From: Alphaproteobacteria bacterium
GTDB lineage: Bacteria > Pseudomonadota > Alphaproteobacteria > CALKHQ01
Assembly: GCA_965227515.1 (NCBI GenBank)
Contig: CBDDFZ010000002.1
Span: 1,280,001 to 1,344,000 of the forward strand
Length of the DNA stretch: 64,000 nt
Reading direction: 5' to 3'
Shown in pieces: positions 38,609-49,057 of the stretch. Each line of letters begins with the position of its first letter. Position 1 is the first letter of the stretch. The notes below the pieces were generated by a model. The model was not told the DNA's origin. It was given only the letters and a program-made list of their open reading frames with translations, and ran no database searches. A program made the translations under genes and the position numbers.

Positions 38609-39892
38609 CTAGAACCGAGGCTCTTCGCAGCCGCCGCAGACCCACGGATAGGTCCAATCGGCCGTCAGCACAGCACTCTCCGGGATGAAGTCGGACCACG
38701 CGTCGCCCACCACGACGTCATCGGTCTCCCACACCACGTCGAACTGGCCATCGTCCAGGATTTCGCCGATCAGGACCGGCTTGGACAGGTGGTGGTTGAC
38801 GTTCATCACCGCCACGCCGCCGGTCAGGTTCGGCACGGTCTGGCCGTACATCGCCTGGCGCACGGCATCGACGTCGGTGGTGCCGGCCTGCTCGACCGCC
38901 TGCACCCACATCTTGAAGCCGATGTAGTGGGCTTCCATCGGGTCGTTGGTCACGCGTTCCTCGCTGCCGATGAACTCGTGCCAGGCGCCGATGAAGGCGT
39001 CGTTCTCATCGGACTCGACCGACATGAAGTAGTTCCACGCGGCCAGGTGACCGACCAGCGGCTCGGTGTCGAGGCCGGCCAGCTCTTCCTCGCCGACCGA
39101 GAACGCCACCACCGGGATGTCGGCGGCATCGATGCCCTGGTTGGCCAGCTCCTTGTAGAACGGCACGTTGGCGTCACCGTTGATGGTGGAGACCACCGCG
39201 GTTGCCTTGCCCTGGCTGGCGAAGTCCTGCACCGCCGAGACGATGGTCTGCCAGTCGGAATGGCCGAACGGGGTGTACTCTTCCATGATGTCGTCGTCGG
39301 ACACGCCGTTGGCGTTCAGGAAGGCGCGCAGGATCTTGTTGGTGGTGCGCGGGTACACGTAGTCGGTGCCCAGCAGCACCCAACGCTCGGCGCCACCGCC
39401 GTCCTCGCTCATCAGGTACTCGACCGCCGGGATCGCCTGCTGGTTCGGCGCGGCGCCGGTGTAGAACACGTTGCGCGAGCTTTCCTCGCCCTCGTACTGC
39501 ACCGGGTAGAAGAGCAGGCCATTCAGCTCCTCGAACACCGGCAGCACGGACTTGCGCGAGACCGAGGTCCAGCAGCCGAACACCACCGACACCTCTTCCT
39601 GCTCGATCAGCTCGCGTGCCTTCTCGGCGAACAGCGGCCAGTCGGACGCAGGGTCGACGACCACCGCTTCCAGCGGACGGCCGAGCAGCCCGCCGGCGGC
39701 ATTCTGCTCCTCGATCAGCATCAGCATGACGTCTTTCAGGGTCGTCTCACTGATGGCCATGGTGCCGGACAGCGAGTGCAGGATGCCGACCTTGATCGGC
39801 TCGACTTCCTGCGCGCCAGCGACGCCGCTGAATGCCAGCGCCGATGCCGACGCCAGCGTCGCGAGCCATGATGCCTTCGCGGTTTTCCCCAT
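38609..39892 (-). CDS. urtA: Urea ABC transporter substrate-binding protein
   Basis: ILHSLSGTMAISE, FGCWTSVSRKSVLP, YPVQYEG and GTDYVYPRTTN motifs. Confidence 0.95.
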   Translation of the reverse strand: MGKTAKASWLATLASASALAFSGVAGAQEVEPIKVGILHSLSGTMAISETTLKDVMLMLIEEQNAAGGLLGRPLEAVVVDPASDWPLFAEKARELIEQEEVSVVFGCWTSVSRKSVLPVFEELNGLLFYPVQYEGEESSRNVFYTGAAPNQQAIPAVEYLMSEDGGGAERWVLLGTDYVYPRTTNKILRAFLNANGVSDDDIMEEYTPFGHSDWQTIVSAVQDFASQGKATAVVSTINGDANVPFYKELANQGIDAADIPVVAFSVGEEELAGLDTEPLVGHLAAWNYFMSVESDENDAFIGAWHEFIGSEERVTNDPMEAHYIGFKMWVQAVEQAGTTDVDAVRQAMYGQTVPNLTGGVAVMNVNHHLSKPVLIGEILDDGQFDVVWETDDVVVGDAWSDFIPESAVLTADWTYPWVCGGCEEPRF

Positions 39893-39960
39893 ATTTCCCC
39901 TCCATTGCCTGGATTTGCGTGGATTGACCGCGTTGGGCACGCGGCTCCGGAGGGGGTATG

Positions 39961-39976
39961 AGCAAGGGGCATGCCA
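39961..39976 (-). promoter_or_regulatory. Sigma54 -24/-12 promoter of the urt operon
   Basis: Minus strand reads TGGCATGCCCCTTGCT (GG-N10-GC), about 70 nt upstream of urtA. Confidence 0.8.
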
Positions 39977-40042
39977 TGGGTGGCGGGCTGGCGCCAACCG
40001 CGCGCGAGCCTGCCATTCTGACAAGCACTGCGCGTGTGGCGT

Positions 40043-40077
40043 CGCTTAAATTCTGTGCGCTGCCTGCGAATTAATCA
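40043..40077. promoter_or_regulatory. Putative tandem NtrC-type enhancer sites
   Basis: CGCTTAAATTCTGTGCG and TGCCTGCGAATTAATCA, 17-mers with AT-rich cores upstream of the sigma54 promoter. Confidence 0.5.
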
Positions 40078-40115
40078 GCCGTGCCGCGAACGCGGTCACA
40101 GGTGGCGAACGGCCA

Positions 40116-41111
40116 TCACTTGCCGGCGGCGGCGAAGCGGGCCTCCATCTTCGCCTGATCCTCGTCCGACCCGTTGTGGTAGGTGCCGAACACCTTGTCG
40201 AGCAGCGGCATGCCGTCGCCGGAGTAGTTGCACTCGAAATATTTGTGGTGGAGGTAGTGGAAGTAGTTGTTCACCGGCACCTCGCGGCCGCCGCGCACGA
40301 CGATGCGGTCGAAGCCGAGGTGGCCGACGGCCGGCGTCAGGGCGGCCTGGTGCAGCGTGAACATGGCGTGGATCGGGTGCGACGGCACCACCCAATGCAG
40401 CAGGACGCAGGAGAAGTAGAGGATCGACTCCACCGGGTGCTGCGACAGCCCGGCCCAGGGGCCGACGATCACGTTGCGGTGGTGCAGTTCGTGGAAGCGG
40501 TCGTAGAGCGGCTTCCAGTGCAGGATGCGGTGGATGACATAGAAGTGCATCTCGCGATAGGCCGGGATCAGCATCAGGAACAGAACGAACCAGACCGGGC
40601 TGGTCTCCCAGTCGATGTAGGGCAGCCAGTCGTTGGCATAGGCCCACAACGTCAGCACCTCGTAGACGGTCCACACCGTGACCGCGCCGGCCAGCGACCA
40701 GAAGATATTGTCGTAGGTCTGGTTGCGGAACGTGAAGGTGTCGTTGTTCCTCGCCAGCGGCTTGGTTGAGTATTTGAAGTCGATGCCCTGGCGCTTGAAG
40801 ATGAACAGCCAGGCATGCAGGCCGCCGAACAGGACGACGGTGAACGCCATGTTGCGGCCCCAGACGATGGCGATCCACCACAGCTCCAGCGACTTCATCT
40901 CGGCCAGTGCCGGGGTCAGCCAGAACCAGCTGATCGCGGCGACGCTGAGGTAGACCGCGTTCCAGGGCCACAGATAGCCGGGGAAGCCGAACGTCCATTT
41001 CAAGGCGGGCCAGAGCTTCGGGGGCCAGGCGAAGATCACCGGCAGGTCGACCAGATAGGGCGGCCGCCAGTCGCCACGCCTGTCGCGCTTGCCCAATGCG
41101 GAATCGCTCAT
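40116..41111 (-). CDS. Sterol desaturase / fatty acid hydroxylase family protein
   Basis: His boxes HFYVIHRILH, HELHH and HYLHH; several TM segments. Confidence 0.88.
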   Translation of the reverse strand: MSDSALGKRDRRGDWRPPYLVDLPVIFAWPPKLWPALKWTFGFPGYLWPWNAVYLSVAAISWFWLTPALAEMKSLELWWIAIVWGRNMAFTVVLFGGLHAWLFIFKRQGIDFKYSTKPLARNNDTFTFRNQTYDNIFWSLAGAVTVWTVYEVLTLWAYANDWLPYIDWETSPVWFVLFLMLIPAYREMHFYVIHRILHWKPLYDRFHELHHRNVIVGPWAGLSQHPVESILYFSCVLLHWVVPSHPIHAMFTLHQAALTPAVGHLGFDRIVVRGGREVPVNNYFHYLHHKYFECNYSGDGMPLLDKVFGTYHNGSDEDQAKMEARFAAAGK

Positions 41112-41240
41112 CGCGCCCTCCCCAAACGCATCTTTTGCGGTCCAGGGTGCTGTTTTTCGGCGGATCGGGCAAGAACTGTCGCGCGAGAAGCGGACGAGCA
41201 GGGAGGGCTATCGGCGCATCAACATGCGGAAATGCGCCGG

Positions 41241-42101
41241 TCAGGCGTCCGTCATGGCCTCGAACAAGGCCCGATGACGGGGCGTATCAGGCACCGCCAG
41301 ATGGTTATGGACCGGCGGCCCAGGCACGGGCTGGAAATCGATCATGTCGAAGATCGCATAATTCTTGTTGCGCAGGGTGTCCAATACCTCGGGCCGGCCG
41401 GGGGTCACCTCCAGCATCAGCAGAGGGGCCCGCTCATCGAGCAGCGTCTCGGCGCCGCAGATCACGTCGAACTCCGCGCCTTCGACGTCAATCTTGATCA
41501 GGTCCGGCGTCTGGCGGGTCTCGGCCTCGCGGTCCAGCGTCGTCACGTCGACGGTCAGGTGCGGGCTGGCCTCGCCGAAATGGCGCTCGACAAAGACCTG
41601 GCCGTCCTCGCCGGCGACCAGCGAGCCGGTCGCGCCGGTAATGTTGTCCAGGTGGAACTTGCTGGTACCAGGCCGGCTGGCCACCGCCTTGCGGACAAGG
41701 GCGGCGCGGTCGAGCTTGTGCCGCGAGGTGGTGCGGTCGATCAGATCGGCGTTGACCGGGTCAGGCTCGAACATGACGACGTCGCCGTCTGCCCGCAACG
41801 ACTTGAAGATAAAGGCATAGAGTCCGACATTGGCGCCCACGTCCCAGAACGTCGCGATATCGAAGGCGCGCACGATGCGCTCGAAGTTGGTTCGCTCCGC
41901 CACCTCGATCGCCTTGCCGCGGGACAGCACCCAGGACAGGTTGCGCATCAGGTCCACATAGACCGGGTGGGCGATATCAGGGAAATTGACCGGAATGGCG
42001 GTGCGGACGTGCTTGGAAACGTAGCGGAACAGGTGCGTCTTTCGCAGACGATGCAGCGGGTGCAGCTTCTCCCGAATGGCGTGCATTGAGATGGCGCCCA
42101 T
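41241..42101 (-). CDS. FkbM family methyltransferase
   Basis: FWDVGANVG, FEPDP.N, TTLD and LIKIDVEGAE motifs. Confidence 0.88.
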   Translation of the reverse strand: MGAISMHAIREKLHPLHRLRKTHLFRYVSKHVRTAIPVNFPDIAHPVYVDLMRNLSWVLSRGKAIEVAERTNFERIVRAFDIATFWDVGANVGLYAFIFKSLRADGDVVMFEPDPVNADLIDRTTSRHKLDRAALVRKAVASRPGTSKFHLDNITGATGSLVAGEDGQVFVERHFGEASPHLTVDVTTLDREAETRQTPDLIKIDVEGAEFDVICGAETLLDERAPLLMLEVTPGRPEVLDTLRNKNYAIFDMIDFQPVPGPPVHNHLAVPDTPRHRALFEAMTDA

Positions 42102-42246
42102 CTGACCCTTTCCGCCTTGCCGCGCGCCGCATCGGCTCGCTCAGAGTTGTCGCGTGCGCGCATACATAAGCATTCGGATCGCCGCACGCACGCCTAAACG
42201 CACGGCGCAAGACGCTGAGCGGACCGAGCAAATTCGAGGAGTAACG

Positions 42247-42430
42247 GGCGCGCCCGTTCGAACTCACTTCTTGGATGAGGGGCCGCGATTCATGCAGGAA
42301 TGGCGCGCCCGTTCGAACGACGTTCGAACTACCTTTTGGATGAAGGGCCGCGATTCATGCAGGAATGGCGCGCCCGTTCGAACCAAGTTCGAACTACTTT
42401 TTGGATGAAGGGCCGCCATTCATGAAGGAA
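42247..42430 (-). repeat. Three tandem ~65-bp tRNA-linked repeats, each ending in the tRNA-Arg 3' end
   Basis: Units at 42247-42300, 42301-42365 and 42366-42430; each begins (+ strand) (T)GGCGCGCCCG like the tRNA at 42431. Confidence 0.9.
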
Positions 42431-42507
42431 TGGCGCGCCCGGGAGGACTCGAACCCCCAACCTTCTGATCCGTAGTCAGACACTCTATCCAATTGAGCTA
42501 CGGGCGC
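42431..42507 (-). tRNA. tRNA-Arg (ACG)
   Basis: GCGCCCGTAGCTCAATTGGATAGAGTGTCTGACTACGGATCAGAAGGTTGGGGGTTCGAGTCCTCCCGGGCGCGCCA; cloverleaf with encoded CCA. Confidence 0.97.
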
Positions 42508-42915
42508 TAAGCCGGTTGCCGGACCCCCGCAGTGTCGTGCAGCAGAGCCGTACGCACACCTGCGGTCATGGCAAACCGATCGCCGCCCAACAACGCCGGG
42601 CCGGCGAGGGGCGGGACCATACGCGAACCCATATGGGCAGGCAAGCGTCAATCGCCAACCCATGCCTGGGCCAATGCCTGGCCCAATGCCTGGGCGGCAT
42701 TGCGCCGCGCCGGCACCCAGACGACACGCGATCGCGCGCGGGTTACGGCACTGTCGGACGCCGCGACCCGCAAACCCGAATTCCGGCTCGGGCGGGCCCA
42801 CGGCGTCGCGGACAATTGCGTGCTTGTACCAGCGGTTTGGCTTGGCTATTTTGCCGCCAATGCGGGATGATTCGTGTCGCAGACCTTACCTGCCGCCTGG
42901 GTCTTGCCGCAGTTC

Positions 42916-44073
42916 ATGGGGCGGACTGTTCAGTATGGTGATCGATTGAGCGCAAAGCACGCTTCCTTGGCAGTCGGGGCCGGGGCGGTCACGAGGGTGC
43001 GTCGAAGCTATGGCGCTCTCGTGGGTGCGGCTTTGTGCGTGCTGGTGTCCGGCTGCGGCGATGCGCTGCTGCCGTCCTTGACCGGTGAGGCGCCCAGCGG
43101 GGCCGACACTGGCGGGCTGGTGCTTGGCACCGGCAGCTTCGTGCCGGGCGGGGTGACGCCGGGGGCGTCGACCGGCACCGTGGTCGGTGAGCGCATTGAC
43201 GATATGCGCACCCAACTCGAACTCATTCAGGATCAGGTGGGCGCCGAGAACGGCGCGCTGCAGCAATTGCGCGTCAGCAACATGCGCAACGCCGCGCAAT
43301 ATCATACGCGCGTGGCCGAGATCGGCGCGCGGCTGCAGACCGGCACGACCCCAGGTAATCCGGAACTGGTGGCGCGTTGGAACGAAGCGCAGCAGAACCT
43401 GGACCAGTTCGACCAGGAGCTTTCCAGCCTCAATCTGTTGGCGACCGAAGTGGCCAACACATCGGCCGGGGCGGCCTATCTGTTGGCGACCGCCCGGGCG
43501 ACGTACGGGCTGACCGGTGCGGTCGATGCCGACCATGTGCAGCTGGCGGTGCTGGAGGACGAGACCAACCAGACCGTCGTGCTGATCGACCGCCTGCTGA
43601 CCGAACTGACCGAGGATCTGGGCCGGCAGACGTCCTATCTCAGTCGAGAGCGCGACAATCTGCGGGTGCTGTCGCTTGGCATCCTGAACGGGGAATGGTT
43701 CGGGCGCAGCCTGGCGAACGCGGCCTACAATGCAGGCCCGATCGGCAGCGCACCGCCAGTCGGCGTCGCCGCGAATCGGCCGCTGATGATCATCCGGTTC
43801 GATGCCAACAACGTCGACTACGATCAGGCGCTTTATACAGCGGCCAGCAACGTGATTGACGTCCGTCCGAACGCGCAGTTCGAGCTGGTGGCGGTTGCGC
43901 CCGCTCAAGGGCTTCCGGCCCAACAGGCATTGTCCGCTTCCAGCGCACGCCAAAACGCCGAGAACGTGCGGCTTCGGCTCACCCAGTTCGGCATTCCGCC
44001 GCAACGGGTGGCGCTGACCGAGGCGTCCAGCTCGGCGGCATTCACCAATGAGGTGCACATTTACGTTCGGTGA
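42916..44073 (+). CDS. Hypothetical coiled-coil lipoprotein with C-terminal OmpA-like alpha/beta region
   Basis: Lipobox LVSGC; long heptad region; GTTPGNPEL; C-terminal PLMIIRF...YDQALY...NEVHIYVR; start uncertain. Confidence 0.7.
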   Translation: MGRTVQYGDRLSAKHASLAVGAGAVTRVRRSYGALVGAALCVLVSGCGDALLPSLTGEAPSGADTGGLVLGTGSFVPGGVTPGASTGTVVGERIDDMRTQLELIQDQVGAENGALQQLRVSNMRNAAQYHTRVAEIGARLQTGTTPGNPELVARWNEAQQNLDQFDQELSSLNLLATEVANTSAGAAYLLATARATYGLTGAVDADHVQLAVLEDETNQTVVLIDRLLTELTEDLGRQTSYLSRERDNLRVLSLGILNGEWFGRSLANAAYNAGPIGSAPPVGVAANRPLMIIRFDANNVDYDQALYTAASNVIDVRPNAQFELVAVAPAQGLPAQQALSASSARQNAENVRLRLTQFGIPPQRVALTEASSSAAFTNEVHIYVR

Positions 44074-44477
44074 CGCGAAGTGCTGGCGGCGGGGCGCCAG
44101 CACCGGTTTGGGGGTTCGTTTGGCTGGGTTCGTAATCTTTCGGCAGGCCGCCGGAGCAATGCATCGATGCGCCGCGCATGTGGTCGCGCCACGTGCCGAG
44201 ATGTCGTGTGCGGGCGCCGGGCCGTGCTGTTGTGTCACAGCCGTGTGTGTCAGATCCGCGCCGGGCGCCACCCGGACTGTTGCATGATAACGACCATGCG
44301 GCAGATAAGTGAGCCAAACCAAAGAGATATTTGCAGAAGATTCATAATTTTTGTTAACTTTGCCGAATCAAGAGGATCGCGTGTTGACAGACGCCAAGAT
44401 TGGTGCGGGTCAACGCTGACAGGCCAATTGCCGGTGCCCCACGTGCCGTCTGAGCCTCATAACAGGAGTGATCAGCG

Positions 44478-45833
44478 ATGAAGAATGGCCGGGTGCCAGG
44501 GGTTTCGGCAACACGGCGGCATGGAACGGTTGTTCTTGCGGTTGCGGCCGGGGTCAGCATGCAGGTGTGCGTGACCGCCGAGAGTTTTGCGGACGCCCGC
44601 ACAGAGGCGGTGGCGTCCCGTCTGCGGCCGGAATACGACCCGCTCGGTCTGCCGCTGGATCTGTTGTTCTGGGAGGCGGGGCAGTTGTTCGACAGCAGCG
44701 GATCGCCTCCGAACGGTGGCGAATCCTCGATCGGCAGCTTCATCGTCTATCCGTCGGTAGAGTTTTCGTTGGAGTTCACCGACAACGTCTTCAGGGCGCA
44801 AGATTCGCAGTCGGACTTCATCTTCCGCACCACGCCGCTGATCCGCTTCAATTCGGATTGGGACAATCACGCCCTGAACTTCGAGGCCGGTCTGGAATAC
44901 GGCAAGTACTTCAGCTTCAGTTCGGAAGACTATCTGGACTTCCTGTTGGGCGCCGATGGCCGCATCGATGTCACCGACGACATCGCCTTCAATGCCAACA
45001 CGCGTTGGGTCATGGGGCACGAGGATCGCGGCGATCCCGACGATCCCGGCTCCGCATTCGATATCACCGAATATCAGCGCTTCAGCGCCGGTGGGTCGAT
45101 CTCTTACGACGCCGGCATCGTCCAGGTCGAGCCCGGCTACGAGATCGTCTTCTGGGACTACGACAACGTGAATGGGCCGGGCGGCGTGCTCAACAACGAC
45201 GACCGCGACCGCACGGAACACCGCGCCTACCTCAACGTCTCGACCGACGTTGCCGAGGATCTGCGCCTGTTCGTCGAGCCGGATGCCCGTTGGGAGGTCT
45301 ACGACAACAACCCGGACGACCTCGGCTTCAATCGCGACCGGCAGGAGATCGGCGTTCTGGTCGGTCTGGATTGGACGCCGGACGACGTGTGGGCCGTGCG
45401 CGGTGCCGTGGGTTACGAGTATGTCGAGTTCGACGACCCGGCCTTCGATGCGACCAACGGCTTCATCTTCACCGGTGACGCCCTGTGGAACATCGACGAG
45501 CTGACCACCATCGCCTTGACCGCCGAGCGCGAGTTCGACGGCACGACGCTCGCCAATTCCGCCGGTAAGGTGAACACCGCCGTCGGCCTGTCGGTCGACC
45601 ACGAGTTCGCGTACAACATCATTGGCAGTGCCTTCACCGAGTACCTTCGCGAGGACTTCGAGGGCAACAATCGGGCCGACGACACGATCCGGGTCGGCCT
45701 GGGCGGTGACTACTACATCGGTGAGTATGTTGTGGCCGGCGCGCAGTACACGTATACGAACCGGGACTCCACGGATGGCGCGCAGTCCTTCTCGGAGAAC
45801 AACTTTCTCCTCTCCTTGCTGCTGAGAATGTGA
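44478..45833 (+). CDS. Outer-membrane beta-barrel protein of an EPS locus (BBP2-type)
   Basis: RPEYDPLG, FTDNVF and SDWDNH motifs, amphipathic beta strands; lies just upstream of a Wza-like gene. Confidence 0.8.
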   Translation: MKNGRVPGVSATRRHGTVVLAVAAGVSMQVCVTAESFADARTEAVASRLRPEYDPLGLPLDLLFWEAGQLFDSSGSPPNGGESSIGSFIVYPSVEFSLEFTDNVFRAQDSQSDFIFRTTPLIRFNSDWDNHALNFEAGLEYGKYFSFSSEDYLDFLLGADGRIDVTDDIAFNANTRWVMGHEDRGDPDDPGSAFDITEYQRFSAGGSISYDAGIVQVEPGYEIVFWDYDNVNGPGGVLNNDDRDRTEHRAYLNVSTDVAEDLRLFVEPDARWEVYDNNPDDLGFNRDRQEIGVLVGLDWTPDDVWAVRGAVGYEYVEFDDPAFDATNGFIFTGDALWNIDELTTIALTAEREFDGTTLANSAGKVNTAVGLSVDHEFAYNIIGSAFTEYLREDFEGNNRADDTIRVGLGGDYYIGEYVVAGAQYTYTNRDSTDGAQSFSENNFLLSLLLRM

Positions 45834-45841
45834 TGTTGGCT

Positions 45842-46456
45842 ATGACCGAGACTTCGTGCATCGCATACGGGCCGGCGCTGGTGCGCCGGATCGGTTGGCT
45901 CCTGCTGTTGCTCGTGCCGCTGGCACTGGCAGGCTGTGAGTCCGACGACATCGCAACCGACAATCCGCCTGACGGCACCGGCGATGGCACCGTGACGCCG
46001 CTGCCGGACAATATCTACGCGGTCGGGCCCGGTGACGAACTGAACGTCATCATTTTCGGGCACCCCGACCTCTCCGGGAACTACGTCGTCGATCCGCAGG
46101 GCAGCATCACGATGCCGCTGGTGGGCCGGCTGGCGGTGACCAATGTGGATGTCGACCAGGTGACGCAGATGGTGCGCGACGCCTATGACGGCGCCTATCT
46201 GGTCGAGCCGCGTGTCAGCGTCGAGATCCTGAATTCCCGCCCGTTCTATATCCTGGGGCAGGTCAACGAACCCGGCGAGTATCCTTATTCTCGCGGCGTG
46301 ACCGTCCGGCAGGCGGTCGCCATTGCCGGCGGGTTCACCCGGCGCGCCGATACGGCCGAATTCCTGATCTACCGGGGCGGCCAGAACCTGGAAGTGAATG
46401 CAGAGACCATCGTGTTGCCCGGCGATACGGTGGAGGTTCAGCGCCGATTGTTCTAG
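45842..46456 (+). CDS. Polysaccharide export lipoprotein (short Wza/GumB-type)
   Basis: Lipobox LAGC; YAVGPGDEL...G.ITMPLVG; GQVNEPG.YPY; AVAIAGGF; PGD motifs. Confidence 0.9.
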   Translation: MTETSCIAYGPALVRRIGWLLLLLVPLALAGCESDDIATDNPPDGTGDGTVTPLPDNIYAVGPGDELNVIIFGHPDLSGNYVVDPQGSITMPLVGRLAVTNVDVDQVTQMVRDAYDGAYLVEPRVSVEILNSRPFYILGQVNEPGEYPYSRGVTVRQAVAIAGGFTRRADTAEFLIYRGGQNLEVNAETIVLPGDTVEVQRRLF

Positions 46457-46741
46457 TATGTTCAGGCTGGCGGGACGGTGGTCCGTTCCGCCGGTGGCAC
46501 TGGCAACGGTTGCAGGAACTGACCCCCGGAATTGAAATGTTCGGCAGCATTCCGGCCACAATTTAAACAATTGAATAGACATGGCGGCTAGCGTTATGTC
46601 GATTGAGCCCAAATCTGCACAGAGTGGCGGGTTCAAGATGTCCTTGCATGCCGCGCCGCAGTGTGTGGCTGCGGCATGGGTTTTGACCGGGGCTTCGGGG
46701 TCGCCGTTGGGCGGGGCCGAGCGCAACCTCAAGAGCACGAC

Positions 46742-49057
46742 ATGAGCTTGACGACTGTCACACGTTTGCCGGTTCCCCATCAGGAACAGCTTCCTGTCCC
46801 CGATCCGGGCTATGGGTCGTCGTTCCAGCCGCCCGAGGAAGACACGTTCAGCATGCGCCGCGTGTTCGCGGCGTTGCGTCGGCGCAAGTGGTTCGTGCTG
46901 GCGATCATCATCCTGCTCACGGGCATCGCCTACTTCTTCATCCGGCAGATGACGCCGATCTACGAATCGACCGTGACCCTGGCGGTGCAGGCCAACAGGG
47001 GCTCGGTCATCGGCCAGACCGACGTGTTCGCGACGTTGAACCAGGACAACGAGGCCCGCGAGACCGAGGCCGAAAAGCTGCGCTCTCGGCAGATGGCCGA
47101 ACTGGTCGTGGCGCGGCTCGACCTGCTGAACGACGATCGGTTCAATCCGACCCTGAAGCCGCCGGAGCCCTCTGTTCTGGACTCGATCATCTCCGGCATT
47201 ACCGGGCTGTTCGATGGCGCCGAGGCATCGACCGACAACGCCGACACCTTCGGCGAGGACGCGCTGGCGACCAATCTAGGAGAAGAGGGCCTGAACGAAG
47301 GTCAGCTCGCATTGCTGACCGAAGACGAAATCCTCAAGCTGACCATCAACAATTTCATGATGGGGCTGACGGTGCTGCCGTCCGACCGGTCGCGCACGAT
47401 CGCGGTGACCTACGCGTCGTCAGACCGCGCGTTTGCGGCGCTTGCCGCCAATACGGTCGCGGACATCTACATCTCGGGCCAGGTGGAATCGCGCGAGTCC
47501 GAGGCGAATGCGGCGGTCGAACTGCTGGAAACCAAGATCGCGGAGGCCGAGCAACGGTTGCGCGACGCCGAGGACGAACTCGCGGCCTACATCGTCGACA
47601 ACAACATCGTCGAGGTCGAGAACGCCACACTGCTGACCCGGGACCTGACGACCCTGCGCCAGGAGTTGCTGTTCGCGCAACAGGAACAGCAGAGCCTGCA
47701 GTCGCAGTACAATCAGCTCCAGGCCGGCAATCTCGATGCGATCCCGGAGGTGCAGGGCAGCGGCCTGATCACGGCGCTCCGCTCGCAAGAGGCGACGGCG
47801 CAGGCGCTGGTCGGCGAATTGTCGACGACCCTTGCCGCCGGACACCCCGACCTGCAGGCGGCGCGCGCGCAGCTTGGCAACATCCAGGGCGCGATCGGGG
47901 CCGAGATCCGGCGCATTGCGCTGCGGATGGAAAACAATCTGAGCCTGGCCAACGACCGTGCCGAACGGCTGCAGGTCCAGGTGGCCGATCTGGAAGCCCA
48001 GCTTGAGGGGCAGACCCAATCCCAGGTCGAGCTGCGGCAGTTGCAGTCGCAGGTGGAAAGCGCGCGCAGTTTCTACGAGACGCTGCTGACCCGCTTCGAC
48101 GAGGTCAACGTGGTCAGCGAGGAGCAGCGCGACGCCGATGCCTCGATCCTGTCGCGCGCCGTGCAGGCCGACAAGGCCTCGTACCCGAACACCACGCTGT
48201 TCCTGATCGCCGCGTTCGCCGGCGCGGCGGTGGTCGGTATCGCATTCGCCCTGCTGGCGGAGTTCCTGGATTCCGGTTTCCGTAGCATCACCCAAATCGA
48301 ACAGGTGACCGGTGCGCCGTCATTGGGCCTGGTGCCGACGATCAAGGGCAGCGAGAAGCCGCACGAACTGGTGCTCTCGAAACCAAACTCCGCGTTCGGT
48401 GAGTCGATACGAAGTTTGCGAACATCGCTGCTGCTGACCGCGGGCGACCGGCCGGTGCGCACCGTGGCGGTGACCTCGTGCGTGCCAAACGAGGGTAAGA
48501 CCTCGGTGGCGCTGTCGTTGGCGATGATGGCGGCCCAGGCCGGCCAGAAGGTGGTGATCCTGGACTGCGACCTGCGCAAGCCATCGGTGCACCGTGAGCT
48601 CGACACCGACAACAAGGCCGGCCTCAGCGACTATCTGGTGGGCAACAAGCCGCTGGAAGAGGTGATGGAAATCGATCCGCGGAGCGATCTCCACTACATC
48701 ACCGCAGGCAGCAAGATGCCGAACCCGCCCGAGCTGCTGCAGTCGAACGCCATGAACAAGCTGCTGCAGGAACTTGGCGCCAATTTCGATTTCGTCGTGC
48801 TCGACACGCCGCCGCTGATGGCGGTGTCCGACGCGTTGCTGCTGTTGCGGCGTTGCGACAAGACAATTTTCCTGGCCCGTTGGGAAAAGACCCGCCGCGA
48901 GACCACTGCGGTCGGCGTCCGCCAGGCGTACGATTCCGGCGCGGACTTGGCCGGGGTCCTTCTGACACAGGTCGATGTGCGCAAGATGGCGCACTACGGC
49001 TACGCCGACTCCGGGTACTACTATTACAGCAGCTACAAAAAATACTACGCCGACTGA
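46742..49057 (+). CDS. wzc: Polysaccharide co-polymerase / tyrosine autokinase (Wzc/GumC)
   Basis: Two TM segments and a coiled coil; TSCVPNEGKTS, DCDLRKP, DTPP; C-terminal Tyr cluster YGYADSGYYYYSSYKKYY. Confidence 0.92.
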   Translation: MSLTTVTRLPVPHQEQLPVPDPGYGSSFQPPEEDTFSMRRVFAALRRRKWFVLAIIILLTGIAYFFIRQMTPIYESTVTLAVQANRGSVIGQTDVFATLNQDNEARETEAEKLRSRQMAELVVARLDLLNDDRFNPTLKPPEPSVLDSIISGITGLFDGAEASTDNADTFGEDALATNLGEEGLNEGQLALLTEDEILKLTINNFMMGLTVLPSDRSRTIAVTYASSDRAFAALAANTVADIYISGQVESRESEANAAVELLETKIAEAEQRLRDAEDELAAYIVDNNIVEVENATLLTRDLTTLRQELLFAQQEQQSLQSQYNQLQAGNLDAIPEVQGSGLITALRSQEATAQALVGELSTTLAAGHPDLQAARAQLGNIQGAIGAEIRRIALRMENNLSLANDRAERLQVQVADLEAQLEGQTQSQVELRQLQSQVESARSFYETLLTRFDEVNVVSEEQRDADASILSRAVQADKASYPNTTLFLIAAFAGAAVVGIAFALLAEFLDSGFRSITQIEQVTGAPSLGLVPTIKGSEKPHELVLSKPNSAFGESIRSLRTSLLLTAGDRPVRTVAVTSCVPNEGKTSVALSLAMMAAQAGQKVVILDCDLRKPSVHRELDTDNKAGLSDYLVGNKPLEEVMEIDPRSDLHYITAGSKMPNPPELLQSNAMNKLLQELGANFDFVVLDTPPLMAVSDALLLLRRCDKTIFLARWEKTRRETTAVGVRQAYDSGADLAGVLLTQVDVRKMAHYGYADSGYYYYSSYKKYYAD

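Noticed and set aside
42247-42430. Possible CRISPR array
   Set aside because: The units repeat along their whole length with no unique spacers, contain the tRNA 3' end, and no cas genes are present.
42662-42694. 12-bp tandem repeat ATGCCTGG(G/C)CCA, about 3 copies
   Set aside because: Short intergenic slippage-type repeat with no supportable function; the same applies to the 16-bp duplication near 53406-53437.
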